Part shown: in pieces, positions 25,838 through 35,292 of the stretch
How positions within the stretch are numbered: the first letter of the stretch is position 1
Layout of the letters: every line of letters begins with the position of its first letter
Source of the DNA: Clostridia bacterium
GTDB taxonomy: Bacteria > Bacillota > Clostridia > Oscillospirales > CAG-272
Assembly: GCA_017398145.1 (NCBI GenBank)
Contig: JAFQHD010000214.1
Coordinates: 1-48,689, forward strand
Reading direction: 5' to 3'
DNA length: 48,689 nucleotides
Made by a program: the position numbers and the translations under genes
The notes under the pieces: model-generated
What the model was told of the DNA's origin: nothing
The model's input: only the letters and a program-made list of their open reading frames with translations
Databases searched by the model: none

Positions 25838-26020
25838 TTAGGAGTTAGGAGTTACGGTGGAAAACCGCAAGCGGTTTTCTTCGGATAGATCTAATTTTGA
25901 TAACTAAAAATAAAAGTAACCGAAATTCACAAAGAAAATCGGTTACTTTTTTGTATTGAAGATTTTTGTCTTTAGTGACAAAAATCGTCCTTAACTCCTC
26001 ACTCCTCACTCCTAACTTTT
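25838..26020. repeat. long imperfect palindromic intergenic element with heptamer-array arms
   Basis: The left arm is TTAGGAG x2 (25838-25851). The right arm is AACTCCT/CACTCCT/CACTCCT/AACTTTT (25993-26020). Internal hairpins lie at 25860-79, 25912-50 and 25961-86 (gatttttgtc...gacaaaaatc). Confidence 0.7.
25912..25952. terminator. bidirectional rho-independent terminator (oxidoreductase operon / spoIIE)
   Basis: 12-bp stem aaaagtaaccga / tcggttactttt with T-runs on both strands. Confidence 0.7.
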
Positions 26021-28368
26021 ATTATTCCGACGGTCATATCATCCCTTTCATCATTTCTGCGCTTTGCCTCCTCCAATATCAGCTCGCATATATCGGTAAG
26101 CTCTGTGTTCGGCTTTATGCCGTGGGTCAGCAGATCCGCAAGCCAGAGCCCGTCCTCAAAGGATTCGGAGATACCGTCGCTTACCATAACTATCATATCT
26201 CCCGCTTCAAGAGAAAAGTTTACCTCCTCGGCATACAGCTCCTTTGTGATGCCTACGGGCATGGTGTTGGAGGATATCTTGAAAATACTTGTACCTCTTA
26301 ACACATAAGAGGGTGCGGCACCGCTCTTGAGAAATGAAGCGTTGCCTGAGAGAAGGTCTATCTCCAAAAGGTCGATGGTGGTGAAGCTCTCCTGATTTTT
26401 CTGTCTTAAAAATGAATTGAGCATCTTGATAGACTGCTCTTTTTTGTTGCCCGAGCGAAGCATTCGGTCAAGGTAAACGGTAGCCAACCGTGAGGTAAGG
26501 GCGGCGTCCCTTCCGCTTCCCATTCCGTCGCCCAAAAGAGTGTAGAAATAATCCTCGCTGTTTTCGAAAAAGGAGATAGAGTCTCCGTTTATGACCTCGT
26601 TTTCCTTTTGACTTGTCGCCTTGGCGGACTGTACCGAAAAGATGCGGGCAGACTGCATGGTCATGGTTATATAACCCTTCTCCACCGAAAAATCGGGGGA
26701 GGTAAGGGGTGAGCCTACTACCCTTTCAAAGGAACGGCGTATCTCATCCACGCCTAATTTTACTCTTGCAAGATCCACTCCTCCCGCGATGATCTGCTTG
26801 CGGCGCTTGCCGTAGACCGCCATATTGGAGGAGGTAAAGTTAAGGTATCTCGCCGAGCCCTTAAGCTTGGCGGTGAGCTTTTCGTCCACCTCGTATTCCC
26901 TTGCGTTTTCTTTTATGGCATCCTCCAGAAGTGCGGACATAGCGGCATAGTCTATGGCAAATATCTCTGCCTTGTCGCTTTTCATTTCATCCTCAAGGAC
27001 CCTTGCGTAGCTTTGGTTGATGCTTGAGAGTATCCCGTCTATATGAGAGCACCGCTTGGCGAGATATTCGGGGATACGGTCGGTGGTCGCCACCTCTCCC
27101 GAGTATATTCGTGATGCAAGGGCGGTCAGCACCTCGGCTGTATCCTCATATTGGGTGTCCCAGCAGATGACCCTGCGGGTACAGCCCCTGCAATGCTCCT
27201 CAAAGCAGCTCTTACACCTGTCTCTGACCATCGAAAACTCGGGTCGCTTCTGGGCGTTTGACAGATCGTAGAAGGTCCTTGACAGAGAGGTAAAGGCGGA
27301 TGCCATGGTCTTGAAGCGCAGGGTAGAGCCTTCCTCCTTTTTCTTTGCTACGGCGATACGGTCAGCGTAATTGTCGGGCAGAGTTCCGCTGCCCGAATAG
27401 AGTATTGGTCGGGGCAGGATATTAAGCCGAGCCAAAAGGGTGAATATAAGCGAGCCCGCAAGCAGATCGGGAGCAAGAGCCTGAAGAGAGGCAAAGCCGT
27501 CCATATATACTCCGTATATTATTCCGCAGAGAAGTGCAGCACCGGTTGCCGCCATCGTTCCCGTTTTCCAGAACAGCCCCGAGATAAGTCCCGCCACCGA
27601 GAAAAGAGGGGCATAGAAAACATTGTATGCCAAGCCTGCGATCAGTCCCGCAACTCCGCCTCGGAGCATTCCGCATTCTTTTGATATATAGAGTGCTATG
27701 CCGAAGGCTATTATTGCCGATACCGAAAAGCCTAACAGAGTAACATCTCTTACCGAAAAGACACAGCTTGCCATAAGAGCCGCCATACCTATATCGTGAT
27801 ATGAGGTAAAGCGGTGCTTTTTTTCAAAGACCCCGAAATAAAGTAGGGTAAGCGCGGGGGCGGTGAGCATTCCGAGAAGAGTTCCGATAAGATCATACCA
27901 CAGAAATCCACCTGAGATACATCTGTATACTCCCATCATAAACATCATTACCGCAGCACACAGAGCGCGGTATGATACAGGCTCGGCAAAGATAGGACTT
28001 TTCTTCTTTTCCAACAGACAGTAGGAGATGATAAAGCGAAGCAGTATTCCCATACTGTACATAAGAAAGAAGGGAATAGCCATTCCCACCGAAAACAGCG
28101 AGCTTGTGATAAGTCCTATGTAGATAAAGGGAGTGTATTTCCCCGCGGCGGATAACAGTGCCGCGCCGAAGGGAGAAGCCGAAAAGAATATCTCGGTTCT
28201 GCCTAAGAAAAACGCCATCGTTCCGAGAGACAGTCCCTTGGCGGCAAAGTTCAGCCGTCGGTATATGTCCTCCTTGGGCGAGCTTTTGTCTACGGTCATG
28301 TAGAGAGAAAAGAAGCTTTTGAGCTTTTCAAGGAGGCTGTCCTTGAAGGTCTTTAATTTGTTGTCCAT
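25999..28368 (-). CDS. spoIIE: stage II sporulation protein E (membrane PP2C phosphatase)
   Basis: About 790 aa, with around ten N-terminal TM segments and a C-terminal PP2C/SpoIIE domain (GDGMGSG...MVSDGISE...RRNDERDDMTVG). Start set at the ATG MDNKL; the ORF-track start at 28413 is a TTG. Confidence 0.9.
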   Translation of the reverse strand: MDNKLKTFKDSLLEKLKSFFSLYMTVDKSSPKEDIYRRLNFAAKGLSLGTMAFFLGRTEIFFSASPFGAALLSAAGKYTPFIYIGLITSSLFSVGMAIPFFLMYSMGILLRFIISYCLLEKKKSPIFAEPVSYRALCAAVMMFMMGVYRCISGGFLWYDLIGTLLGMLTAPALTLLYFGVFEKKHRFTSYHDIGMAALMASCVFSVRDVTLLGFSVSAIIAFGIALYISKECGMLRGGVAGLIAGLAYNVFYAPLFSVAGLISGLFWKTGTMAATGAALLCGIIYGVYMDGFASLQALAPDLLAGSLIFTLLARLNILPRPILYSGSGTLPDNYADRIAVAKKKEEGSTLRFKTMASAFTSLSRTFYDLSNAQKRPEFSMVRDRCKSCFEEHCRGCTRRVICWDTQYEDTAEVLTALASRIYSGEVATTDRIPEYLAKRCSHIDGILSSINQSYARVLEDEMKSDKAEIFAIDYAAMSALLEDAIKENAREYEVDEKLTAKLKGSARYLNFTSSNMAVYGKRRKQIIAGGVDLARVKLGVDEIRRSFERVVGSPLTSPDFSVEKGYITMTMQSARIFSVQSAKATSQKENEVINGDSISFFENSEDYFYTLLGDGMGSGRDAALTSRLATVYLDRMLRSGNKKEQSIKMLNSFLRQKNQESFTTIDLLEIDLLSGNASFLKSGAAPSYVLRGTSIFKISSNTMPVGITKELYAEEVNFSLEAGDMIVMVSDGISESFEDGLWLADLLTHGIKPNTELTDICELILEEAKRRNDERDDMTVGIIKVRSEE

Positions 28369-28575
28369 CGTTTTTACCTGTCCTTTGTTTTTTGATTTTA
28401 TTATACGCGGCAAATAAACGAATCCTTGTCAGCTTCGGGATGGACAATAATAGAACTTTGCGGTGGGAAATTACGTTTTTTGTTATGACCCTGCCGCAAA
28501 GCCATTGGAAATGGTCAAAAATCTGTTTTCCCTTCGGTTTATGTAGAAAGAAAATTGAAATTTTCCGCTAAGTGC

Positions 28576-28604
28576 TTGATTAATATTAAATTTTAATATA
28601 TAAT
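28576..28604 (+). promoter_or_regulatory. sigma-A promoter for glyA
   Basis: TTGATT (28576-28581), 17-nt spacer, TATAAT (28599-28604). Confidence 0.55.
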
Positions 28605-28643
28605 GTAAGATAGAAAAATATTTGCAATGGGAGATATATAAAA

Positions 28644-29891
28644 ATGATCAAGGAAAATATGGACTTCATCGCCTCCTTCGACCCCGAGGTGGCAGACTCA
28701 ATCAAGGCAGAATACCGGAGAGCTCAGAGAGGTATTGAGCTTATCGCATCCGAGAACGTGGTTTCCCCCGCCGTTCTTGCGGCTATGGGTACGACACTTA
28801 CCAACAAGTACGCAGAGGGCTATCCCGCAAAGAGATATTACGGCGGCTGTGAGTGTGTTGACGTAACAGAGAATATCGCTCGTGAGCGTGCAAAGAAGCT
28901 TTTCGGCGCAGATCACGCCAACGTCCAGCCCCACAGCGGCGCACAGGCTAACCTTGCGGTTTATTTTGCACTCTGTCAGCCCGGTGACACCATCCTCGGC
29001 ATGAATCTTGCCCACGGCGGTCACCTTACCCACGGAAGCCCCGTAAATATGTCGGGTAAGTACTATAACTTTGTTCCTTACGGTGTATCCGACGAGGATC
29101 AGAAGATAGATTACGACGCACTTGAAGCAAAGGCACTTGAGTGTCAGCCCAAGCTCATAGTTGCAGGCGCATCCGCTTACCCCAGAATTATAGATTTTAA
29201 GCGAATTTCCGAAATAGCAAAGAAGGTAAATGCATACTTTATGGTAGATATGGCTCATATCGCAGGTCTTGTTGCTGCAGGAGTGCATCCCAATCCCTGT
29301 GAATATGCAGACGTTGTTACCACCACCACCCATAAGACTCTCCGCGGTCCCAGAGGCGGTATGATCCTCTGCCGTGAGGAGCTTGCAAAAGCCATCGACA
29401 AGGCTATATTCCCCGGCACACAGGGCGGCCCCCTTATGCATATCATTGCCGCAAAGGCAGTTTGCTTCGGTGAGGCTCTCAAGCCCGAGTTTAAGGCTTA
29501 CGGTGAGCAGATAGTCAAGAACGCCGCTGCTTTTGCAGACGAGCTTAAGAAGGAAGGCTTTAATATGGTTTCGGGCGGTACCGACAACCATCTTATCCTC
29601 CTTGATCTGCGCAACTTCGGCATTACCGGCAAGGAGTTTGAGAAGAGACTTGACGAGGTCTATATCACAGTTAATAAGAACGCTATCCCCAATGATCCCG
29701 AATCTCCCTTCGTTACCAGCGGTATCCGTGTAGGAACTCCCGCGGTAACCTCCAGAGGCTTCAAGGAAGAGGATATGAGGGTAGTTGCCCGTATGCTCAA
29801 GCTTGCGGCAACCGACTTTGAAAACTCCGCTGACCTTATCAGGGAGACTATTACAGGTCTTTGTAAGAAATACCCCCTTTACGAAGGTTGA
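28644..29891 (+). CDS. glyA: serine hydroxymethyltransferase
   Basis: 415 aa. [39 protein letters not shown] and the PLP-lysine motif [14 protein letters not shown]. Confidence 0.97.
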   Translation: MIKENMDFIASFDPEVADSIKAEYRRAQRGIELIASENVVSPAVLAAMGTTLTNKYAEGYPAKRYYGGCECVDVTENIARERAKKLFGADHANVQPHSGAQANLAVYFALCQPGDTILGMNLAHGGHLTHGSPVNMSGKYYNFVPYGVSDEDQKIDYDALEAKALECQPKLIVAGASAYPRIIDFKRISEIAKKVNAYFMVDMAHIAGLVAAGVHPNPCEYADVVTTTTHKTLRGPRGGMILCREELAKAIDKAIFPGTQGGPLMHIIAAKAVCFGEALKPEFKAYGEQIVKNAAAFADELKKEGFNMVSGGTDNHLILLDLRNFGITGKEFEKRLDEVYITVNKNAIPNDPESPFVTSGIRVGTPAVTSRGFKEEDMRVVARMLKLAATDFENSADLIRETITGLCKKYPLYEG

Positions 29892-29922
29892 TGCCTTCGT
29901 CTGACGAAGGCATCAACCTTCG
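29882..29922 (+). terminator. 19-bp perfect hairpin overlapping the glyA stop codon (no T-tract)
   Basis: cgaaggttgatgccttcgt (29882-29900) pairs with acgaaggcatcaaccttcg (29904-29922). The glyA TGA is at 29889-29891. Confidence 0.5.
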
Positions 29923-29924
29923 CA

Positions 29925-30034
29925 GATAAGAGAGAAGAGATAAAAGATAAGAGAAAAGGAAGATTTCTGCCGTTGGGCAGAAATCAACCTTAACTTTTCA
30001 CTTTTCACTTTTCACTCTTCACTTTTCACTTTTT
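29925..30034. repeat. palindromic element: 5 purine heptamers (GAKAARR), central hairpin, 6 tandem ACTTTTC heptamers
   Basis: Purine heptamers gataaga gagaaga gataaaa gataaga gaaaagg at 29925-29959. Hairpin gatttctgcc-gttg-ggcagaaatc at 29962-29985. (ACTTTTC)x6 with two variants at 29993-30034, ending 2 nt before the metA RBS. Confidence 0.8.
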
Positions 30035-30049
30035 CCGGAGGAAAAAATA

Positions 30050-30967
30050 ATGCCAATTAAGATCCCCCAAGGCCTGCCCGCAGGACAGGTGCTTGAAAAC
30101 GAAAATATATTTGTGATGGATCAGCTCCGTGCAGAGCATCAGGACATCCGACCTCTTAAGATAGCGATACTTAACCTGATGCCCACGAAGGAGGCTACCG
30201 AGACACAGCTTATAAGACTTTTGTCAAACACCTCTCTGCAGATAGATCTGACACTTCTGTCTACTGCGACTCATACGCCCAAGCACACCTCCGCCGAGCA
30301 TATGAACGCTTTTTACAAGAGCTATTACGATGTAAAAAACGAAAAATTCGACGGACTTATCATAACGGGTGCGCCCGTTGAGGATATGGCATTTGAAGAG
30401 GTCGACTACTGGCCCGAGATGGTAGATATTCTCGAATGGGCAAAGACCCACGTTTATTCTGTAATGAATATCTGTTGGGCGGCTCAGGCGGCACTTTATT
30501 ATTACTACGGTATACCCAAGTATCCTCTTGATAAGAAGATGTTCGGAGTATTTCCTCATACCGTCAGATTTCCCAGACATCCTTTGGTGCGCGGCTTCGA
30601 TCAGGAGTTTCTTGCACCTCACAGCCGTCATACGGAGGTGCTTTCCTCTGATATCAAGAGAGTCCCCGAACTTTTGCTGCTTTCCGAATCTCCTATGGCG
30701 GGCGCATATCTTGCGGTGACCTCTGATTGCAGAAGGGTGTTTGTAACGGGGCATTGTGAATACGATTATGATACTCTCTCGAAGGAATATTTCCGTGATG
30801 TAAATAAGGGTTTACAAATCGAGGTTCCCTTTAACTATTTCCCTTCGGACGATCCTACGAAGATCCCCCTTAACAGATGGCGTTCCCATGCCAATCTGCT
30901 TTTCTCCAACTGGCTGAACTACTGTATCTATCAGCCTACTCCCTTTGATCTCAACGATATTAAATGA
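30050..30967 (+). CDS. metA: homoserine O-acyltransferase (MetA family)
   Basis: 305 aa. MPIKIP...IRPLKIAILNLMPTK...GLIITGAP is the canonical MetA N-terminus. Confidence 0.95.
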   Translation: MPIKIPQGLPAGQVLENENIFVMDQLRAEHQDIRPLKIAILNLMPTKEATETQLIRLLSNTSLQIDLTLLSTATHTPKHTSAEHMNAFYKSYYDVKNEKFDGLIITGAPVEDMAFEEVDYWPEMVDILEWAKTHVYSVMNICWAAQAALYYYYGIPKYPLDKKMFGVFPHTVRFPRHPLVRGFDQEFLAPHSRHTEVLSSDIKRVPELLLLSESPMAGAYLAVTSDCRRVFVTGHCEYDYDTLSKEYFRDVNKGLQIEVPFNYFPSDDPTKIPLNRWRSHANLLFSNWLNYCIYQPTPFDLNDIK

Positions 30968-30974
30968 GGCTATT

Positions 30975-32249
30975 ATGAACACAAAAGAACTTATAAATTC
31001 GATAAATTCAGGTGAGCTGGACTCCCGTCTTGCTTCTCTTTACGGCGAGGCAAAGGTGGCTCTGCAGAGAGAACGCTACACCGATGCGATAAAGGAGTTT
31101 GAAAGACTTTACGGTGAGACCGAGGTATCTCTTTTCTCTGTTCCCGGCAGAAGTGAAATTTCGGGCAACCATACCGACCACAACAGAGGACGCGTTATAG
31201 CTGCCTCCATCGACCTTGATATCATTGCCGTTGCCGCAAAGCGCGACGATGATATGATAAGCGTTACCAGTAAGGGCTTTACTCCCGACAACGTAAAGCT
31301 CAACAATCTTGTTCCCGATAAGGACGATTTCGGCAAGTCCTATGCCCTTATCGCAGGTGTTGCCGACGGCTTTGTAAAGTCGGGTTATAAGATAGGCGGT
31401 TACAATGCATATACTACCTCCAACGTTTTCAAGGGCTCGGGACTTTCCTCCTCTGCCGCCTTTGAGGTAATGATAGGCAATATACTTAACCATTTCTATA
31501 ACGACGGAGCGGTAAAGAGTCCCCGTATCGCGCAGATAGCTCAGTATGCCGAGAACGTATTCTTCGGAAAGCCCTGCGGTCTTATGGACCAGATGGCTTG
31601 CGCGGTAGGCGGCTTTATCACCATTGACTTTGCCGACAGGGATAACCCTAAGATAGAGGCTCCCGATTTTGACCTTACCGCCCACGGCTACAGCCTTTGC
31701 ATCATCAATACCGGCGGCAACCATACCGACCTTACCGACGATTATGCGGCTATCCCTTCCGAGATGAAGGCGGTAGCAGGCTGTTTCGGCAGAGATGTGT
31801 TAGGCGATATCACCGACACAGAGGTCATAGAGAATATCCCCGTTCTCCGTGAGAAGCTCGGGGATCGAGCGGTACTGCGTGCGCTTCACTTTATCGATGA
31901 AAACAAGAGAGTCGATGCACAGGTCGCCTGCCTTGCAAAGGACGATCTTGAGGGCTTCTTTGAGGGCGTTATGGCTTCGGGAGACAGCAGCTTCAGACTG
32001 CTCCAGAATATTTTTGCTACCAAGAATCCCGCAGAGCAGGGTCTTACCCTTGCGCTTGAAATGACAAAGAGAGCTCTTACCGGCAAGAAGGCTGCGTGGC
32101 GTGTTCACGGCGGCGGCTTTGCAGGAACCATACAGGCGTTCGTTCCCAATTCCGAGGTAGAGGCGTATAAGGCTTATATCGAAAAGGTATTCGGTGATGG
32201 CAGCTGCCATATCCTTATGGTACGCCGTGAGGGTGCTGTCAGAGTATAA
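30975..32249 (+). CDS. galK: GHMP-family sugar kinase, galactokinase family
   Basis: VPGRSEISGNHTDHNRGRV matches the galactokinase signature region. GSGLSSSAA is the GHMP ATP motif. Start set at MNTKEL (GAGG RBS). Confidence 0.7.
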   Translation: MNTKELINSINSGELDSRLASLYGEAKVALQRERYTDAIKEFERLYGETEVSLFSVPGRSEISGNHTDHNRGRVIAASIDLDIIAVAAKRDDDMISVTSKGFTPDNVKLNNLVPDKDDFGKSYALIAGVADGFVKSGYKIGGYNAYTTSNVFKGSGLSSSAAFEVMIGNILNHFYNDGAVKSPRIAQIAQYAENVFFGKPCGLMDQMACAVGGFITIDFADRDNPKIEAPDFDLTAHGYSLCIINTGGNHTDLTDDYAAIPSEMKAVAGCFGRDVLGDITDTEVIENIPVLREKLGDRAVLRALHFIDENKRVDAQVACLAKDDLEGFFEGVMASGDSSFRLLQNIFATKNPAEQGLTLALEMTKRALTGKKAAWRVHGGGFAGTIQAFVPNSEVEAYKAYIEKVFGDGSCHILMVRREGAVRV

Positions 32250-32251
32250 CC

Positions 32252-33028
32252 GTGGACAAAAACTTTGAGGTATACACCCTTTTTTCCAGCTCCAAGGGTA
32301 ACTCGGTATATATAAGGGCGGGTCATACCCGCCTTCTTATAGATATAGGCAGATCCCGCAAGGCAATAAACGATGCTCTTGTCAGCGTCGGAAGTGCTCT
32401 TTCGGAGATAGATGCAATATTCATAACCCACGCCCACAGCGATCATACCTGCGGACTTGCCGCTATCGCCGCAAGGCAGTGGACTCCCATACATACTACC
32501 CGTAATACGGCAGAGCAGTTATTCTGCAAGTGCGCTGAGGAGAGGCTGACCATACACGACGAGCGATTCAGCGTTGAAATAGGCGATGTGACGGTACATT
32601 CCTTTGTCACCCCTCACGACAGTCACGGAAGTGTTGGCTATATCGTGGACTATAAGGGAAGCTACCGCTTCGGTCTCTGCACAGATACGGGATGCATTTC
32701 CCGTGAGATGGCAGAAGAGCTCATTCACTGCGACGGTGTGCTGATAGAAGCAAACTATGATGAGGAAATGCTCCGAAAGGGACCCTATCCTTATTACCTT
32801 AAGCAGCGTATAGCCGCAAACACGGGTCACCTGTCTAACACAAAGGCGGCACAGCTCTGCTGTATCCTTGCCCGCGGTGGAGTTAAGAAGATAATGCTCG
32901 GTCATATCTCTCCCGAGAACAATCTTCCCGAGCTTGCACTCAAGGGCTGCTGTAAGGAGCTTCTTGAAAAGGGCTATGACGATATTGATATAACCGTGGC
33001 GGACAGGTATTCGCCAACGAGGTTTTAA
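32252..33028 (+). CDS. MBL-fold metallo-hydrolase (YycJ/WalJ-like)
   Basis: ITHAHSDHTCG is the HxHxDH motif. GTG start. Located next to rlmH, as in Bacillus. Confidence 0.8.
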   Translation: MDKNFEVYTLFSSSKGNSVYIRAGHTRLLIDIGRSRKAINDALVSVGSALSEIDAIFITHAHSDHTCGLAAIAARQWTPIHTTRNTAEQLFCKCAEERLTIHDERFSVEIGDVTVHSFVTPHDSHGSVGYIVDYKGSYRFGLCTDTGCISREMAEELIHCDGVLIEANYDEEMLRKGPYPYYLKQRIAANTGHLSNTKAAQLCCILARGGVKKIMLGHISPENNLPELALKGCCKELLEKGYDDIDITVADRYSPTRF

Positions 33029-33029
33029 T

Positions 33030-33464
33030 ATGTTAACTGTTAATTTGATCTGCTCCGGCACAGGCAAGGTGAAGGATACATACTACCGCGAGGCTTGGGC
33101 AGAATATGAAAAAAGACTTTGTGCTTACTGTAGGCTTAAAAATATCGAGGTAGGCGAAAGCGACGACGATATAATCAATGCTATACCCAAGCGCTCCTAC
33201 GTTATTGCTCTCTGTATAAACGGCAGACAGCTTTCCAGCGAGGAGCTGGCAAAGAAGATCGAGGATCTTGAGGTACAGGGTAACTCCGAGATAACCCTTA
33301 TTATCGGACCCTCCGAAGGCTTCGGCAAGAGGGTAGAGGACTGTGCCGACTTCAAGCTTTCTTTTTCCAAGATGACTTTTCCTCACAGGCTTATGAGAGT
33401 TATTCTCCTTGAACAGCTTTACCGTGCAATGAATATCAACGCAGGCGGAAAATACCATAAATAA
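33030..33464 (+). CDS. rlmH: 23S rRNA (pseudouridine1915-N3)-methyltransferase
   Basis: 144-aa SPOUT protein. GK.K..Y...EY.KRL start and LIIGPSEGF...LSFSKMTFPHRLMRVILLEQLYRA C-terminus. Confidence 0.9.
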   Translation: MLTVNLICSGTGKVKDTYYREAWAEYEKRLCAYCRLKNIEVGESDDDIINAIPKRSYVIALCINGRQLSSEELAKKIEDLEVQGNSEITLIIGPSEGFGKRVEDCADFKLSFSKMTFPHRLMRVILLEQLYRAMNINAGGKYHK

Positions 33465-33474
33465 AGGAGATCAT

Positions 33475-35292
33475 ATGAACAGAAAAACCAAAACAACATT
33501 AATACAGCTGGCAGGGCTTTTGCTCTGTCTTGTTTGTGCTTGTGTGGGGATTTTCTGGCATATGGCAAAAACAAATGAGACTTCGGATATTCCCGATCCG
33601 CCCTCGGCAGCTGCTCCCGAAAATCAGCTTACGGCGGATACAAAAACAGAATACGATCCTGTAGCTCATATAGAGAATGTAGTAATAAATGACGAGCCCG
33701 AGATAAAGAGCTACGACTATTACGAGTACGCAAAGAACTATAATATGCAATCCGCCCTTAAGTCCAAGGGATATAAGCTTACCGAAAAAAGCTACGATCC
33801 CTCCGATTGTAAGGTAGGTGTGCTTTCGATAAAGATAAAGCTTCCCACAGAGCTTTCTCAGACGAAGAGAAAGGTACAGAAGCCCGTTATAAAGGAAACG
33901 TATCACGGATATGTTTCCGAAAACGAGACCGTCACCGAGGACTGTCCCGTGCTCGTACCCTACTACGGCTATGTTATCTACACAGCCAAGGGTGTGTGCA
34001 AGCTTCTTGACAGCGAGCTTAACACTCTTATGGGTAATTTCAGCGGCTTTACCCCCGCGTATATGACCGACTATGCGGGCAATCCTCTTTTCGAGAAGGA
34101 CGGCAGATATTATTTTTATTACGACGGAAGAAACTACAACGGTACCGTATACACCTCGGTAGAGAACGATACCTTTTCCAAGCTTCCCGTAACCGCTCCC
34201 GAGGCGTATGAATATTTTAATTATGACGTAGATATGCTCCATAACCTCTTTGTTACAAACGATTTTACAAACGAGGCAAATATGAGGGGCATAGCCTATA
34301 TACTCCCCGAGCATTCGGGTATGGTAGAGTTTTCCGTGGATGAAGATCTTCTTTTCGACCTGCGTATCCCCTCGGCGACCAATAACAAAAGCAACGGAAA
34401 GCTTTTCAGATTCCCGTCCTACACGTATACCAAAAAAGAAGAAAAACAGATAGACGGCAATCCCTATTATTCTTACGAGGTCACTGAGATACTCTGGGGC
34501 TATATGGATGCCAAGGGTAATGTCGTCGTCGAGCCTAAATATCATAAGGCTTACGAATTTTCCGAGGACGGCTTTGCGGTAGTCTCCGATAAGGACGGAC
34601 ACCTCTCCGTACTCAACGAGTGGGGAAGCGTTGTCTACAATTATTACAACGATTCCTACGAATTCACCGACTTAGGCATCAGATACGCCCGTGACGGACA
34701 TTTTCTGCCAGATACCTTCGGTGTTGAGAGCACGGGAATGTTATATTTTGACCGTGGCTTTATCCGTATGCGCAGAAAGCTTGTGGACGTGGAAAACGGC
34801 TATATCGACAAGAGGGATTACAGCACTCTTGTGGATACCGAGGGTAAGACCCTCAATATTCCTCTCGACTGCACTATAGAGGGCTACGGCGACGGTGTTG
34901 CCCTTATAAAGCGAGGGGACAAGTACGGCTATATGCGCTCCGACGGAAGCTGGCTCATAGAGCCCGAGCTTGCATATGCCAAGCCATTTTCCGAGGGTCT
35001 TGCGGTAATGGGCTATGCCAAGGATAAGTTAGGTGTTATCGACACTGAGGGAAATATCGTTCTTTATCCCATGTACAGCCATATCGAGAGCTCGTCGGGC
35101 GGTGTTATCACAGCATATTCTCCTGTGGGCGGGTGGAACGTGTTCAATAAGATGAGCACTAATATTGAGAATGAAACAGAGAACCCCATTATTGCTCTTA
35201 AAAAGAGAGCTATAGCAGAGGCCAGAGATAAATATTACAATCAAGAAAAAGAAGAGGTAAAAGAAGATGAGTTATCAGGCGGGCAGGGCTGA
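33475..35292 (+). CDS. membrane-anchored WG-repeat (KWG-type) protein
   Basis: N-terminal TM segment. Repeats such as WGYMDAKGNVVVEPKYHKAYEFSEDGFAVV and KYGYMRSDGSWLIEPELAYAKPFSEGLAVM. Confidence 0.7.
   Translation: MNRKTKTTLIQLAGLLLCLVCACVGIFWHMAKTNETSDIPDPPSAAAPENQLTADTKTEYDPVAHIENVVINDEPEIKSYDYYEYAKNYNMQSALKSKGYKLTEKSYDPSDCKVGVLSIKIKLPTELSQTKRKVQKPVIKETYHGYVSENETVTEDCPVLVPYYGYVIYTAKGVCKLLDSELNTLMGNFSGFTPAYMTDYAGNPLFEKDGRYYFYYDGRNYNGTVYTSVENDTFSKLPVTAPEAYEYFNYDVDMLHNLFVTNDFTNEANMRGIAYILPEHSGMVEFSVDEDLLFDLRIPSATNNKSNGKLFRFPSYTYTKKEEKQIDGNPYYSYEVTEILWGYMDAKGNVVVEPKYHKAYEFSEDGFAVVSDKDGHLSVLNEWGSVVYNYYNDSYEFTDLGIRYARDGHFLPDTFGVESTGMLYFDRGFIRMRRKLVDVENGYIDKRDYSTLVDTEGKTLNIPLDCTIEGYGDGVALIKRGDKYGYMRSDGSWLIEPELAYAKPFSEGLAVMGYAKDKLGVIDTEGNIVLYPMYSHIESSSGGVITAYSPVGGWNVFNKMSTNIENETENPIIALKKRAIAEARDKYYNQEKEEVKEDELSGGQG

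Noticed and set aside
28456-28501. Long bulged hairpin (ctttgcggtggg...ccctgccgcaaag) upstream of glyA, considered as a ZTP/THF riboswitch or T-box leader
   Set aside because: I could not find the ZTP core (GGGUCGUGACUGGCG ... CCGCCUGGGC), THF motifs, or a T-box sequence. The hairpin also lies upstream of the predicted glyA promoter (28576-28604), in the region shared with the divergent spoIIE promoter. A cmscan would be needed to be sure.
28698-29591. 297-aa ORF antisense to glyA. Similar long antisense ORFs lie at 33499-34602, 38295-39551, 40455-41840, 31008-31724 and 22512-23069.
   Set aside because: All lie opposite confidently identified genes, have Cys/Val/Gly-rich unnatural composition, and lack start-site signals. 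They are treated as shadow ORFs.
29923-30049. Possible SAM (S-box) riboswitch in front of metA
   Set aside because: The purine-rich gataagagagaagag only superficially resembles the S-box CUUAUCAAGAG start. None of the downstream conserved S-box helices or junction sequences are present. The region is better explained by the heptamer-repeat palindrome.
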